A DNA stretch of 64,000 nucleotides, taken from the IMG/VR virus record IMGVR_UViG_3300037322_000275, positions 29,082 through 93,081 of that record; one strand, given 5' to 3'. Below are positions 1 to 10,578 of this stretch, piece after piece. Made by a program: the position numbers and the translations under genes. The notes beneath the pieces were generated by a model that worked only from the letters and a program-made list of their open reading frames with translations, ran no database searches and was not told where the DNA came from. The stretch is from a virus. Positions within the stretch are counted from its first letter, which is position 1. The number at the start of each line of letters is the position of its first letter.

Positions 1-3000
1 ACATCCTGAGATTTTAAGAATGGCGGAGGAACTTAATGTTTCTCCTGCTGTTTTAGGAGCTAAAGTAGGTGTGTGGCAAGAAAAAAATAATGTAGAAGAT
101 AGATTTCCTACAAGTGAAGAAGTGTTAGCTTATAATGAAGTAAACATGTCTTTAAAAGCTGTAGATATATTGTTATCCGATAAAGCTAAACAAGTATTTG
201 ATAAAGGCAAAAAATCCAATTGGGATTTAAATAAAACATTAACAGAACTTCAAATACCTAAAGATCAAAAACAATTAATATTAGATAGCGGTAAAACGAC
301 AATTGATAATATTGTTACAGATTTATTAGCTAATTATAGCTATACAGTAGAAATAAATACTGCTAAATACTATAATAGGAATAATGAAAATAATTCATCT
401 TTTTCTGTTGAAGAAGATATTGGAATGGAAGGTCAATCTTTTGGATGGACAATTGTAAGCAATGGAGAACTTGGCAACGTAAGCGGTTTAACAGATAATT
501 CATTTAAAACCAAAGAAGAAGCAGAAGCGTATTTAAAATCAACAAAGAAAGAATCGTTGTTAAACACTAAACATTATTCTAATCTTACAGTTCCAGGTGG
601 TACTAACTATACAGAAAATGAAATAGCTACACCTGCAATTACTCCTAGTATTAAAGGTCATGCTCGATTTGCTACAGATAATGGTATAGGTTGGTTTAGA
701 AGTGATGATAAAGCACGTATTGAAGAAGTAAGAATAGGAAAAGCTTTTGATAAAGGTTATTTAACTGAAGAAGAAAAAGAAGAATACTTTGCGGAAGGTA
801 ACAGTCAAAGAGATTTAAATGAAATGTTAAAAACACATAAAGGGATTGAAACTTCTAAAGCACAAACAGGTATCACTAAAACAAGACGTATTCTTGAAGT
901 ACAATCTGATTTATTTCAAAAAGGTAGGGATAAAAAAAGTATAGTTAAACCTAAATATAATAATATAGGTGTTAGAGAAGATGAGATTAATCATAATAAT
1001 AAGACTTATATATTATTACCTCAGGGTTATTTTGAAGATTCTGATGATAATTTAGTTATAAGTTCAAAATTAAATGATACTAATTCGTCGGATATCCAAT
1101 TAGTTAGAGCTAAGGAAAATAATTATCTTACTATTGATGATAACTTGTATGAAATATTAGAAAGTAAATCTTTACAAGTTAAAGATAGAAATAATGCAGA
1201 AAATGAAATTAAACCTCAAAACCAATTCTTACAACTTCTAAACAAGGACAATAATTGGGTTAACTTCTTTATAAAATCTATCATACAAAATAGTGCTAAA
1301 AAAGGTTATGAAAAAGTGTTATTTCCTAGTGGTGATACAGCAGCTAAAATAGAAGGACATGAAACTGTACAAGGGTTTATAGATACTAAAGAAGCTAGAA
1401 TCAGGATTTTAAAAGAATCTCCATCTATATATTATAGATTTTTAGATAAAGATGGTTTTACTGAAACTCAGTATTTAAATATTAAATATGCAGAAGAATA
1501 TAAAAAAAATCATAATAAAAATTGGAAAGTAATTGATTTAACTAAAGAAAATAATATAAAAATAGCTCAATTAGAAAAAGAAATAGAAGATGCTAAAGCA
1601 GGTAAACTTAAAATATCCAGTGTAGCTAAATTTTATGAAGAAACTGTATTTAATGTATTAAAAAAACAAGGGTATAATCCTGTAAGAATTACTGATGAAT
1701 ATGGTAACAGTTGGTATAAAGTAAATATTGAAAGCAAAAGAGACAACTCTATGATATTTATGAATAGAGCTAAACTCAAGACTCTTGAAGGTTCTAAAGA
1801 AAATAAATTAGATTGGACAGACAGTACAGAACAATTAACAACAGTTAAAGAAGAATTTGTAGATTATAGCAAAGAAAATGCATATGTATTGTTTGCTAAT
1901 AAACAGGGTAAAATTACAGCTGACGAAGTTTTGGATAATATCTTAAATAATTTTTCAGATTTTTCTGAAATTGGTTTAGAATTTATTCAGAAAGCTAAAA
2001 ATTTAATTAGTAAATCTGGAGTTAAAATTCAGTTTGTTAACGAAAGTGTGTTTAGTGATAAAGACGTAATTATGGACTTTGATGCAAGTAGTAACACAAT
2101 ACGTATCTCTAGAACTAGATTGTCTGAATTTGATACACAAACAGTTGTCAGTACTTTTTTACATGAACTTGCACATAGTCAAACAGCTGAAGCATTGTTA
2201 AATCCTGTAACTTTTGAACAACAAGAATTTAAGTTACTTATTGATAAAATGTTTTTAAAATACAAAACTCAATCTAACAACAGTGGAAGTTATGGTTTTA
2301 AAAATACAATGGAATTTGTTGCTGAACTATACTCTAATCCTGAATTTAGAAAAGAAGTTGAAGCTTTAGATAAAAGTTTTTGGAATAAATTTATTGATGC
2401 TGTACGCAGATTATTTGGTTTTAAAAAGAATAATGAATATACAAAACTAATAAACGAAATTACTGAAAAAGTAGAATCCGATCAATCTGAATTTAAAGGT
2501 ATTAGAAATCAAGTTATTTTTGAAAAAAGAACTACCTCTAGAAACAAAGCTCAAACTATTGAAGACAAATTACAAAAGACTTTAAATAAAGCTAAAGACA
2601 ATTTAGACAATCTTTTAAATCAAAGTAAAGCCTACAAACGTAAGAATGAAGAAAAAGGAAAAGCTTTTGAAAAACACATACAGGAATTGATTGATGAAAT
2701 TGAAAAAGTTAGTTTAATTGATCAATGGAAAGGTGTTTCTATATATGTAAAATCAATGCTTAATACAATTAATCAATTAAACGATAGATTAGACAAAGAA
2801 GATTTTACTAAAGAAAATGGTTTAGAATTGATAGATTCATTTAGAACATACATGTCTACATACGATTTAGTAGAAGATGTTAAAGATTTAGTTACTAGTT
2901 TAACTAATGAAAAAATTGACGAAGTAGGTTTAGAAGAAATCAGTCAGTTAAAAGCAATTTTGAAAGACACTGTTGGTGGACATGCTATTTTAGAAAGTCG

Positions 3001-5632
3001 TTTTAATTCTAAACTTTCTGTAATATTAAAAACTACAATAAATAACATCAGATATTTACCTGAAATTGAAGACGATTGGAGAAAAAAGTTAGCTGTTGAA
3101 TACGCTAAACAAGGTATTACAGGTATCAGTAAGACAGAATGGGTTGCTCAACAAATGAATAATGCATACAAAGACGAAATACAAGAAGATCTAGATAACT
3201 ATGTAGATAACTTGTTAACAGGTGTTGGTACAGACATTTCTGCTGCCTCTGCTTTAATTTTAGATGGTATTAATAATAATTCCAGACTTGTTAGTATTGT
3301 AATGAATTTTATCACTCAAGCCAGAAATAAAATTATTGAACAAACTACTGAAGGAGATATTAAAGAAAACAAACTGTTTACTGCATTAACTAATGAAAAA
3401 GGAAAAAATGCTTCTACTAAAAAACTTTATGGAAACATTTATGACCAGGATTCTGCAGGTAACACAACTCTTAAAGGTGAATATTCAATCAAGTTTAAAG
3501 AAAAGTTTGATCTCTTAAGAAATAAAGTAAGTAGTACTTTAGAAGAACGTGGTAGATCGTCTAAAGAATTTAAAGCCGTATTAGTTGAATATCGTAAATG
3601 GTTAAAAGAAAATACAGTTTACAAAAATAAAAAAAGAACACCTGTTGCTAAATGGAAAAATGACCTGTCTAAATTAACTAAAGTTGAAAAAGAAATTTTG
3701 GATTACTTTATTGAAACAACTAAATTAGTTGATGAACAAACCTATGGCATACAGTCTTTAATTGTAGATGTTAAAGGTGCAACATTTTATACATTACCCG
3801 CAGTAACTAAAAGTGATTTAGAAAGAGTTGTAGACGGTAACGCAAAAGGTTTAATTAAAGATAAGTTAAAAGACATTGGTTCAATTAGACCTGACGATAT
3901 TGGTTACGATAAAAAGAATTTAAACAGTAAAGGTGAAATTGTTAGATATCAAAGAGTTCATTACAGAGGTAAATTATCTTCAGATCAACAGTCTTTAGAT
4001 TTATTTACAGTTAATCGTTTAAACCGAGTTAATGGTCTAAATTACAAAGAAAAAAATGCAATTGTATTACAAGTTGAAGCAATTAAGTTAATTGCTAAAA
4101 ACAAAGAATACTTTCTTAAAAATCCAGGTGGTAAAAACATACACAATATGTATTCTACTAGAGAAAAGGAAGGAACTCAACGAGGTAATAAATCTAACGA
4201 GTTTAAAATGATCGACAATATGATTGAAAAAAATATATACGACATTTTACACATTACTTATGGTAATGTAGGACCTATAGATTTAAATAAGGCAATTAGT
4301 ATCACTAACGGTTGGGTTGCATCAGTAGGTCTGTCTTTAAATGCTTTTTCTGCAGGGGCTAACATTTTAAATGGACAAGCTCAGATATTTTTAGAAAGAA
4401 TTGCAGGTAACCATTTAACTAAAGGTTCTGTTACTAAAGCACATAAAATGTATACTTCTGATTTAGGTGGTATAATGAAGGATTTTGGTAATCCAATTAA
4501 AACTTCGTTTGTTAATCAAGTAAATCAAATGTTTGATACTTTTGGTGGGTTTAGTGTAAAGCAACAAGAATTTATCAAAAACACAATTGCTAAAACTGTA
4601 ATTAATTCAGAAACACTGCAATTTATGCATGAAGGTGGTGAACACTATCTTCAATCAATAATGGTTATGGCAACACTAGAATCAATTAAGGTAATGGATT
4701 CTAACAATAACTACATTGGCAAAGACGGTAATGTGACAACTAAAGATAAAGCTGCTTCTGTTTTAGATATGTTATCTAAAGATAGTACAGGTTTATTGAA
4801 ATTAAGTGATAAAGTTGTTTATTCAGACAGAAATTTAAATTCTAAAATAAATGAAGGTGGTAAAGAGCAATTATTACTCTTTGTAAAAAAGAAACTCTTT
4901 GATACGATGGGTAATTATGATTCTAATTTACAACCCGAACTTTACAGACACTGGTATGGTAAGTTAGTAATGTTGTTTAGACGTTATTTAATACCACAGT
5001 TGGTAACTAGATTTAGAGGTGTTTCTACAGCTTTTGTTTCTGAAGAAAATTTAGAAGATGGAGATATTCATTTTAATGACGCATTAAGAACAACTGAAGA
5101 AGGTTCATACGTTAGTGCTTTAAGATTTTTAAGACATGGTATATATCCTGCATTAAGAAAGTTAAAATTTGACTTACTCAGTACTAATTGGAATGAACTA
5201 GATGATGACAAAAAAGCAGGAATAAAGAAAACAGTTGTTGAACTAGCATTGACTTCTGCACTTTTACCATTAATAGGTTTATTAGCTGCAGGTGCAGCAG
5301 GTGATGACGACGACAAAGAATGGTTATTTACAATTGCATTTTTAGCAAGAAGATTAGAATCTGAATTATCACAATTTAGAGATCCTAGAGAAGCAACAAA
5401 AATTACTAAATCACCAATTCCTTCGTTGAGAGTAATAGAACAAACTTTAGATATACTGGATTATTTATTACCTTGGAATATTACGGAAGTAAATGATACT
5501 TATCAATCTGGTAAAAATAAAGGTGAACTCAAAATCAAAGTTAAAGCTATCAAATTAATACCTATAATAAGTAAACTAGAAATAACTTCTGAAGAACTTT
5601 ATAAAGGTCTTGAATCAAAGTACGGAAAATAA
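1..5632 (+). CDS. Giant virion cargo (ejected) protein of crAss-like phage with zincin metallopeptidase domain and C-terminal hydrophobic segment; probably 5'-truncated by window edge
   Basis: >=1870 aa; frame is open upstream of ATG 20. HELAH...EFVAE zincin motif; C-terminal LALTSALLPLIGLLAAGAAGDDDD...RLESEL resembles crAss large cargo proteins. Confidence 0.7.
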   Translation, partial: HPEILRMAEELNVSPAVLGAKVGVWQEKNNVEDRFPTSEEVLAYNEVNMSLKAVDILLSDKAKQVFDKGKKSNWDLNKTLTELQIPKDQKQLILDSGKTTIDNIVTDLLANYSYTVEINTAKYYNRNNENNSSFSVEEDIGMEGQSFGWTIVSNGELGNVSGLTDNSFKTKEEAEAYLKSTKKESLLNTKHYSNLTVPGGTNYTENEIATPAITPSIKGHARFATDNGIGWFRSDDKARIEEVRIGKAFDKGYLTEEEKEEYFAEGNSQRDLNEMLKTHKGIETSKAQTGITKTRRILEVQSDLFQKGRDKKSIVKPKYNNIGVREDEINHNNKTYILLPQGYFEDSDDNLVISSKLNDTNSSDIQLVRAKENNYLTIDDNLYEILESKSLQVKDRNNAENEIKPQNQFLQLLNKDNNWVNFFIKSIIQNSAKKGYEKVLFPSGDTAAKIEGHETVQGFIDTKEARIRILKESPSIYYRFLDKDGFTETQYLNIKYAEEYKKNHNKNWKVIDLTKENNIKIAQLEKEIEDAKAGKLKISSVAKFYEETVFNVLKKQGYNPVRITDEYGNSWYKVNIESKRDNSMIFMNRAKLKTLEGSKENKLDWTDSTEQLTTVKEEFVDYSKENAYVLFANKQGKITADEVLDNILNNFSDFSEIGLEFIQKAKNLISKSGVKIQFVNESVFSDKDVIMDFDASSNTIRISRTRLSEFDTQTVVSTFLHELAHSQTAEALLNPVTFEQQEFKLLIDKMFLKYKTQSNNSGSYGFKNTMEFVAELYSNPEFRKEVEALDKSFWNKFIDAVRRLFGFKKNNEYTKLINEITEKVESDQSEFKGIRNQVIFEKRTTSRNKAQTIEDKLQKTLNKAKDNLDNLLNQSKAYKRKNEEKGKAFEKHIQELIDEIEKVSLIDQWKGVSIYVKSMLNTINQLNDRLDKEDFTKENGLELIDSFRTYMSTYDLVEDVKDLVTSLTNEKIDEVGLEEISQLKAILKDTVGGHAILESRFNSKLSVILKTTINNIRYLPEIEDDWRKKLAVEYAKQGITGISKTEWVAQQMNNAYKDEIQEDLDNYVDNLLTGVGTDISAASALILDGINNNSRLVSIVMNFITQARNKIIEQTTEGDIKENKLFTALTNEKGKNASTKKLYGNIYDQDSAGNTTLKGEYSIKFKEKFDLLRNKVSSTLEERGRSSKEFKAVLVEYRKWLKENTVYKNKKRTPVAKWKNDLSKLTKVEKEILDYFIETTKLVDEQTYGIQSLIVDVKGATFYTLPAVTKSDLERVVDGNAKGLIKDKLKDIGSIRPDDIGYDKKNLNSKGEIVRYQRVHYRGKLSSDQQSLDLFTVNRLNRVNGLNYKEKNAIVLQVEAIKLIAKNKEYFLKNPGGKNIHNMYSTREKEGTQRGNKSNEFKMIDNMIEKNIYDILHITYGNVGPIDLNKAISITNGWVASVGLSLNAFSAGANILNGQAQIFLERIAGNHLTKGSVTKAHKMYTSDLGGIMKDFGNPIKTSFVNQVNQMFDTFGGFSVKQQEFIKNTIAKTVINSETLQFMHEGGEHYLQSIMVMATLESIKVMDSNNNYIGKDGNVTTKDKAASVLDMLSKDSTGLLKLSDKVVYSDRNLNSKINEGGKEQLLLFVKKKLFDTMGNYDSNLQPELYRHWYGKLVMLFRRYLIPQLVTRFRGVSTAFVSEENLEDGDIHFNDALRTTEEGSYVSALRFLRHGIYPALRKLKFDLLSTNWNELDDDKKAGIKKTVVELALTSALLPLIGLLAAGAAGDDDDKEWLFTIAFLARRLESELSQFRDPREATKITKSPIPSLRVIEQTLDILDYLLPWNITEVNDTYQSGKNKGELKIKVKAIKLIPIISKLEITSEELYKGLESKYGK

Positions 5633-5640
5633 AGGGTCTA

Positions 5641-5680
5641 AAAAAAAGCCACAGTAACCAATTAAGGTCGCTGTGGCTTT
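5641..5680. terminator. Intrinsic terminator between convergent cargo and thyA genes (likely bidirectional)
   Basis: AAAGCCACAG...CTGTGGCTTT hairpin flanked by A-run and T-run. Confidence 0.8.
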
Positions 5681-5691
5681 CTGCATTTAAT

Positions 5692-6777
5692 TTACATAGG
5701 TGCTAGCATCTCAGCTTTAATTGCTGGATATGATTCATAATCTTTTAATTTAAACATATCTATTCTCAATTCTTTAAAATATTCATCTAGAGTTAAAATT
5801 TTCATATTTACAGCATTTGTTGCTATGTCAAATTCAGGATGAAATTCTAATTTACATTTATTATGTTTATTGACATCTTTATTAAGTTGTTCTTTAATAG
5901 CTTCTATATGTGAATCATAAATATGAACATTAGATAAATCACCAATTAATTCACTAGGAACCATATTAGTTAATTTACCAATTACATTAGCTAATAAACC
6001 GTATGATGCAATGTTAAATGGTAACCCAAGAAATGTATCAACACTACGCTGATGCCATTTTAAATCAAATGTATACTTAATATCGGTATCTGCTTCTTTT
6101 CCCCAATTTCCTGAGTTGTGAATTCCACTTTTAGAAGAGTTATTAATTTGATATCTTTTTATGTAGTTTAAAGGTCTAGGAATAATCTCAAAAGCCCAAT
6201 GACAAGGCGGTAAAGCCATTTCATCTAATTCAGCAGGATTCCAAGCTGTAACTATATGTCTACGAGACATTGGTTTATCTTTAAGATTCTGAATTAAACT
6301 AGATATTTGGTCTAACTTAATAGGTAACCATGTTATATTGTTATATAGTATTGGTGCTGACCAACTTTTCCATTGAGCACCATATACGCTGCCTAAATTA
6401 CCAAATTTTATTTTGTCTAAATGTTTAACATTATTGTTTTTAATATATTCTATAAATTCTTCTATATTATATACAGGATTATCAGAAGTTTTTAAATACC
6501 AATTATAAGCATCTTTATCCCAAATATGAATATTATTATCTACAAGATATTTAATATTAGTATTACCTTTTAAAAACCAAATTAATTCACCTACAATTCC
6601 TTTCCAGTACAATTTTTTAGTAGTAATAGCTGGAAACCCGTCAGTTTGTAAATTATGCCTAAATTCGTAAGAACTTACTTGTTTGCACATTACATTTCTA
6701 CTTTCGTCTTTATAATCATAACCCTCCTCAAGAATTTTCTCAAGGAGTGTATGATATGTGTAGTCTATTCTAGCCAT
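5692..6777 (-). CDS. thyA: Thymidylate synthase
   Basis: TTKK, LGSVYGAQW, SRRHIVTAWNP, LPPCH (catalytic Cys), QRSVDTFLGLPFN, HIY motifs. Confidence 0.97.
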   Translation of the reverse strand: MARIDYTYHTLLEKILEEGYDYKDESRNVMCKQVSSYEFRHNLQTDGFPAITTKKLYWKGIVGELIWFLKGNTNIKYLVDNNIHIWDKDAYNWYLKTSDNPVYNIEEFIEYIKNNNVKHLDKIKFGNLGSVYGAQWKSWSAPILYNNITWLPIKLDQISSLIQNLKDKPMSRRHIVTAWNPAELDEMALPPCHWAFEIIPRPLNYIKRYQINNSSKSGIHNSGNWGKEADTDIKYTFDLKWHQRSVDTFLGLPFNIASYGLLANVIGKLTNMVPSELIGDLSNVHIYDSHIEAIKEQLNKDVNKHNKCKLEFHPEFDIATNAVNMKILTLDEYFKELRIDMFKLKDYESYPAIKAEMLAPM

Positions 6778-7162
6778 TATCTTTATCTACTTCTAAAAAT
6801 TTATTGCCTGACCAATATTCTTGATGTTTTTCTTCTTCACTATAAACTTCAATTTTATCAATAATACTAGCCATTTTTAATATTAAATAAATAACATTAT
6901 CTCCAAACTTTTCATTTAATACTGCTATTGTAGGTAATTTATTTTCAACCAAATCATTAGTTATATCGGCAATAGATATTTCATGTTTTAATAGAAAACC
7001 ATCTAATACTTTTTCTCTAATTAATCCACTACGTTGTGAACCAATATCAAAATTATGAAAAGGATTATTGTTTCTACGGTATTCTTTACCTTTTACAACT
7101 AAAGTTTCTCTAATCCCATTTAAAAAGATATCAATTACTTCTTCAAATCTGTTTTCTGTCAT
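6770..7162 (-). CDS. Alpha-helical nucleotide-modification-associated (DUF1599/Nmad1-like) protein
   Basis: KGKEY...PFHNF...KHEISIAD...EKFGD pattern; next to thyA and MazG. Confidence 0.45.
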   Translation of the reverse strand: MTENRFEEVIDIFLNGIRETLVVKGKEYRRNNNPFHNFDIGSQRSGLIREKVLDGFLLKHEISIADITNDLVENKLPTIAVLNEKFGDNVIYLILKMASIIDKIEVYSEEEKHQEYWSGNKFLEVDKDNG

Positions 7163-7305
7163 TTTATTGTTTTTAAAATATCACACTTTCTGTAAGTAGT
7201 TATGTCAAATGTAACCCCAGATTGTGAATTATTACATCTTGTTTTATGAATTAACTTTCCATTTCTGTAAATGTAAGACTCGTTATCTATTATTTTAGAC
7301 CACAT
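7159..7305 (-). CDS. Small hypothetical protein (48 aa, not in ORF track)
   Basis: MWSKIIDNESYIYRNGK...KTIK*; fills the gap and overlaps both neighbours. Confidence 0.5.
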   Translation of the reverse strand: MWSKIIDNESYIYRNGKLIHKTRCNNSQSGVTFDITTYRKCDILKTIK

Positions 7306-7987
7306 CATAATCAATAATATTACCATTACTAGTTAACTGATTAAGTTTACCGTGTGTAATGACAGAACCATTGCTATATAAGATGTTGTGTTCTGCTAAT
7401 TTCAAAATTCCTGCATTTACAATATCTTCACTACTGTGAATGTGTCCAAATAAACACATTTTTGGTTGAACTCTTATTACATTGTTTTTTAGGGCTCTGT
7501 CACCATTTTGATCTAACCTGTGTGTTTTATCATAAGAAAGATCTAATATTCCTTTAGGTGGTCCGTGAACAACTAATATGTCTGTTTCAACAGGTATTTG
7601 TTTCCAGATATTATCCATCTTAAATCTACTTTTTTGAAAGTGCCAGTCACCATAACTTGGTGTATATGGAGAACCATAAAAGTTGATACCCTCAATCTGA
7701 AGAAATTCATCTTGAAGATATATAATGTTTTCTGTTTGACAAATTGTTCTAAAATCTTCTGTATATCTTGAAACATATGTATCATGATTTCCTGCTACTA
7801 ATATTTTTGTTGGAATTGGTAAGCCTGAATACCATCTTATAAAAGAAGCGGTTTCAGTTTCATTTCTATACAGATCTTTATAGTTAGTAAAATCACCTGA
7901 ATGAATGACAATGTCTATGTTTTCAGGAATAACCAACAGATCGTGATATCCATGTGTATCACTAATGTGCCATATTTTCTTAATCAT
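7295..7987 (-). CDS. Calcineurin-like metallophosphoesterase
   Basis: DTH, GD, GNHD, HGPP, GHIH motifs. Confidence 0.92.
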   Translation of the reverse strand: MIKKIWHISDTHGYHDLLVIPENIDIVIHSGDFTNYKDLYRNETETASFIRWYSGLPIPTKILVAGNHDTYVSRYTEDFRTICQTENIIYLQDEFLQIEGINFYGSPYTPSYGDWHFQKSRFKMDNIWKQIPVETDILVVHGPPKGILDLSYDKTHRLDQNGDRALKNNVIRVQPKMCLFGHIHSSEDIVNAGILKLAEHNILYSNGSVITHGKLNQLTSNGNIIDYDVV

Positions 7988-8268
7988 ATTTTTCCAGGAT
8001 ATTCTTTGTTTTTTAAATAAGTTTTAAATTTATTTATTTTAAAAACAACACGTTCTTTAATTGATTTTTTGTTAAAAAGTTTTTCAAGAATTTTTATTCT
8101 TATTTTAACATCTCCAATTTCATCAATAATTTCTTTAATTTCTACTCTATCAGGTTTGTTGATATATTGTGTTAGAACTAATGATAATTCTTGAAGTTCT
8201 TCAGAAGCTTTCAAGAGATTATAATTATAATCATTTGATTTAGCTAATTTTTTTATTGTTTTATTCAT
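7984..8268 (-). CDS. MazG-like nucleotide pyrophosphohydrolase
   Basis: EELQEL...IIDEIGDV motif; start at MNKT (8268) preferred. Confidence 0.75.
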   Translation of the reverse strand: MNKTIKKLAKSNDYNYNLLKASEELQELSLVLTQYINKPDRVEIKEIIDEIGDVKIRIKILEKLFNKKSIKERVVFKINKFKTYLKNKEYPGKI

Positions 8269-9496
8269 CACTTTCTGTGTTTTTTGTGTATTTGACAATA
8301 CAATCTTTTAAGTCAATACAATCTATAATGTTATATTCATTAAAGTTTTCAATAGCTTTATTCAACCATTTTTCTTCTTGAGTATTTTTTGTTTTAAATA
8401 TAAAAACACTACCTACTTTATCTCCGTTTAATCTTGCTCGTCCTAGCATTTGAATAAATTTACCCTCTACACTGTAATAAGAATGTAAGATAACGTTGTC
8501 TAAATCGCTTAAATTTGCTCCCTGCTGTAACTTCTTAAAGCTACCAATAACTTTTATTTTGTTCTTGTCAAAGTTGCTTCTAATGAGCTCGTTTGCGTCT
8601 TTACTATTTCTAGATGAAACAGTATTTTTAGTTATTTTTAACAGTGAATCAATACTATTAGCAAAAACAATAGACTTGCCATTAATTACATTTAATAATA
8701 ATTTAACAGCTTTATTTTTAGATTCTAGAGTGTATAAAAGACTTTTTCTTTTGTTTGAAGATACCAATATTTTTAGGTTTTTTATTTTTTCAAACTCAAA
8801 AAAATCTTCATTTTCCTTTGGTTCTGAAAAAAGCAATCTTTTGAATTGATTGTCCCAATATTCGTAAGCTTTTTCTTCTGTCTGTAAAAAAGGTTTAAAT
8901 TTACTCCCTGCTTTAACTGTTTTTTCAACTTTTTCAAGTTCGTGATTAACGATGTAAAGATTAAGTTTCCTACTTGTGTTATTTATTTGTCCTTGATTTA
9001 CCGTGTATACAAAACAAGTTGGTGCAAAAGCATCTAAAAGATTACCTTTAGTTACTACTTTGTCATCGATTGTATACTCAATATCTCTATTAATTGTTGC
9101 AGACAATCCTAAAATAGCATCGTATGTATTGTTTAAATAAAATTGAGAATACACAGGAGTTAAGGAATCGTGAATTTCATCTGCAATAACTAAACCAAAG
9201 GATTTATCTTTCCATTTACAAACAGTTTGATAACATTGAAATTGTAAGTGATAATCTTGTAAAACATTTCTGTCAAACATTTCGTTGTATTTAACAATAT
9301 CTTTAATTAAGTCTGTTTGACGGTCTACTTGTTCTGCTAAAAATAAGTGTGTTTTACCATCATTTTTAGGCATTGTGTATAATGCATGCAAACTACAAAA
9401 AGTTTTACCTAATCCTGTAATTAAGTTTAGTGTTCCTTTTTTGTCAGATTCTAACCATTTTTCAACAGCTTTTTCTTGAATTTCATCTCTTGTCAT
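8261..9496 (-). CDS. Superfamily 2 (DExH) helicase
   Basis: TGLGKT, DEIH, SAT, QMLGRAR motifs; start at MTRD (9496) preferred. Confidence 0.9.
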   Translation of the reverse strand: MTRDEIQEKAVEKWLESDKKGTLNLITGLGKTFCSLHALYTMPKNDGKTHLFLAEQVDRQTDLIKDIVKYNEMFDRNVLQDYHLQFQCYQTVCKWKDKSFGLVIADEIHDSLTPVYSQFYLNNTYDAILGLSATINRDIEYTIDDKVVTKGNLLDAFAPTCFVYTVNQGQINNTSRKLNLYIVNHELEKVEKTVKAGSKFKPFLQTEEKAYEYWDNQFKRLLFSEPKENEDFFEFEKIKNLKILVSSNKRKSLLYTLESKNKAVKLLLNVINGKSIVFANSIDSLLKITKNTVSSRNSKDANELIRSNFDKNKIKVIGSFKKLQQGANLSDLDNVILHSYYSVEGKFIQMLGRARLNGDKVGSVFIFKTKNTQEEKWLNKAIENFNEYNIIDCIDLKDCIVKYTKNTESDE

Positions 9497-9507
9497 ATTT
9501 TTAAATA

Positions 9508-9664
9508 AAAACAATAGCTCGGGTACTTTCAAGCATCAATACCCGATATAATAAGCTACACTACTGTTTATTAAAAAAGACACCTACAGCTTCACTATAC
9601 ATTTCACCGCAATTACAAATCGCAGTATAGTATTTTGGGTCTTTTAAGGTTTCTGAGTGTCTTT
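9508..9664 (-). other. Two adjacent structured intergenic RNA elements
   Basis: Minus-strand stems AAAGACAC/GTGTCTTT enclosing CTATAC/GTATAG and TGCGATT/AATTGCG; separate hairpin TCGGGTATT/AGTACCCGA. Confidence 0.45.
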
Positions 9665-9704
9665 AATTTTGTGCTACTGTAAACCTTTTTTCACACTTTG
9701 TCTA

Positions 9705-9926
9705 TTACTTTTTTTTAATTCTAGCTTGAGCTTCTTTAAGACCTCTACTAAAAGAATCAGACGCGTTTTGATCTTTATTTGCGTCTTTCATTAACTTTTG
9801 AGACATTTCAAAATCTTTACTTTGATAAGCTGCTTGCTGTTTACTTGAAGCTTCATAGGCGAGAGAATCTCTTTTTTTTTCAGCTTCTTCTCTAGTAAAA
9901 AGTTTTTTCTTTTTTGGTTGTTCCAT
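9705..9926 (-). CDS. Small basic helical hypothetical protein
   Basis: 73 aa ORF with A-rich start context. Confidence 0.6.
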   Translation of the reverse strand: MEQPKKKKLFTREEAEKKRDSLAYEASSKQQAAYQSKDFEMSQKLMKDANKDQNASDSFSRGLKEAQARIKKK

Positions 9927-10004
9927 ATATATAATTATTAATTAATATTTAACATTGCAAGAGTGTAAATCCAGCATTTTTTTCCTAAATAACTGTAAGT
10001 TATA

Positions 10005-10559
10005 TTATTCATTGTTTTTTGCAATTAACTTGCACATATTTATAAAATATTCGTTATTATAAATTCTTTTCATCATATTTATATCCTTATGAACCCACTG
10101 TACATTATTTTCAGTATAACCAAGAGAAGAATCTATTCTATCTAAAGAGGCTGTATAAGATTTGTCGGAATTTATTATTGGAAATTTTATTTCCATACCA
10201 CTTAATTTGCATTTTTTGTTTTGAGATAAAAATAAATTCCATGCAAATTCCTTTGTAATTAAAAGATCTACAGAAGATCTTCTTCCTTTTTCTCCAGTTG
10301 CACTTCTTACAATGTGATGGTTCCAAAAACTTCCAGATATTTCTCCAATACCAGACCAATTATTTGATTGGTTTCCTTTTTTGTTAGCACAACCGCAAGA
10401 TATTGTAGATCCTTGTCTTAAATGCGTTAAAAGAACATTAGTTTTATTTCCACATTCACAATGACAAACATACCTGTAATGACCGTTTCTTGTTTTGGAA
10501 TGTTCTTCAATTACTGTTAACTTATTATACACTTGACTAATAGGATTTATCTTTTTCAT
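10005..10559 (-). CDS. Free-standing HNH homing endonuclease
   Basis: N-terminal CHCECG...SCGC domain; C-terminal SLDRIDSSLGYTENNVQWVHKDINMMK. Confidence 0.85.
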   Translation of the reverse strand: MKKINPISQVYNKLTVIEEHSKTRNGHYRYVCHCECGNKTNVLLTHLRQGSTISCGCANKKGNQSNNWSGIGEISGSFWNHHIVRSATGEKGRRSSVDLLITKEFAWNLFLSQNKKCKLSGMEIKFPIINSDKSYTASLDRIDSSLGYTENNVQWVHKDINMMKRIYNNEYFINMCKLIAKNNE

Positions 10560-10578
10560 ATATTATATATTTAACTTA

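Noticed and set aside
20-5632. Virion RNA polymerase call for the giant ORF
   Set aside because: No DxDxD-type catalytic motif in an RNAP context was recognised; the RNAP gene is probably upstream of the window
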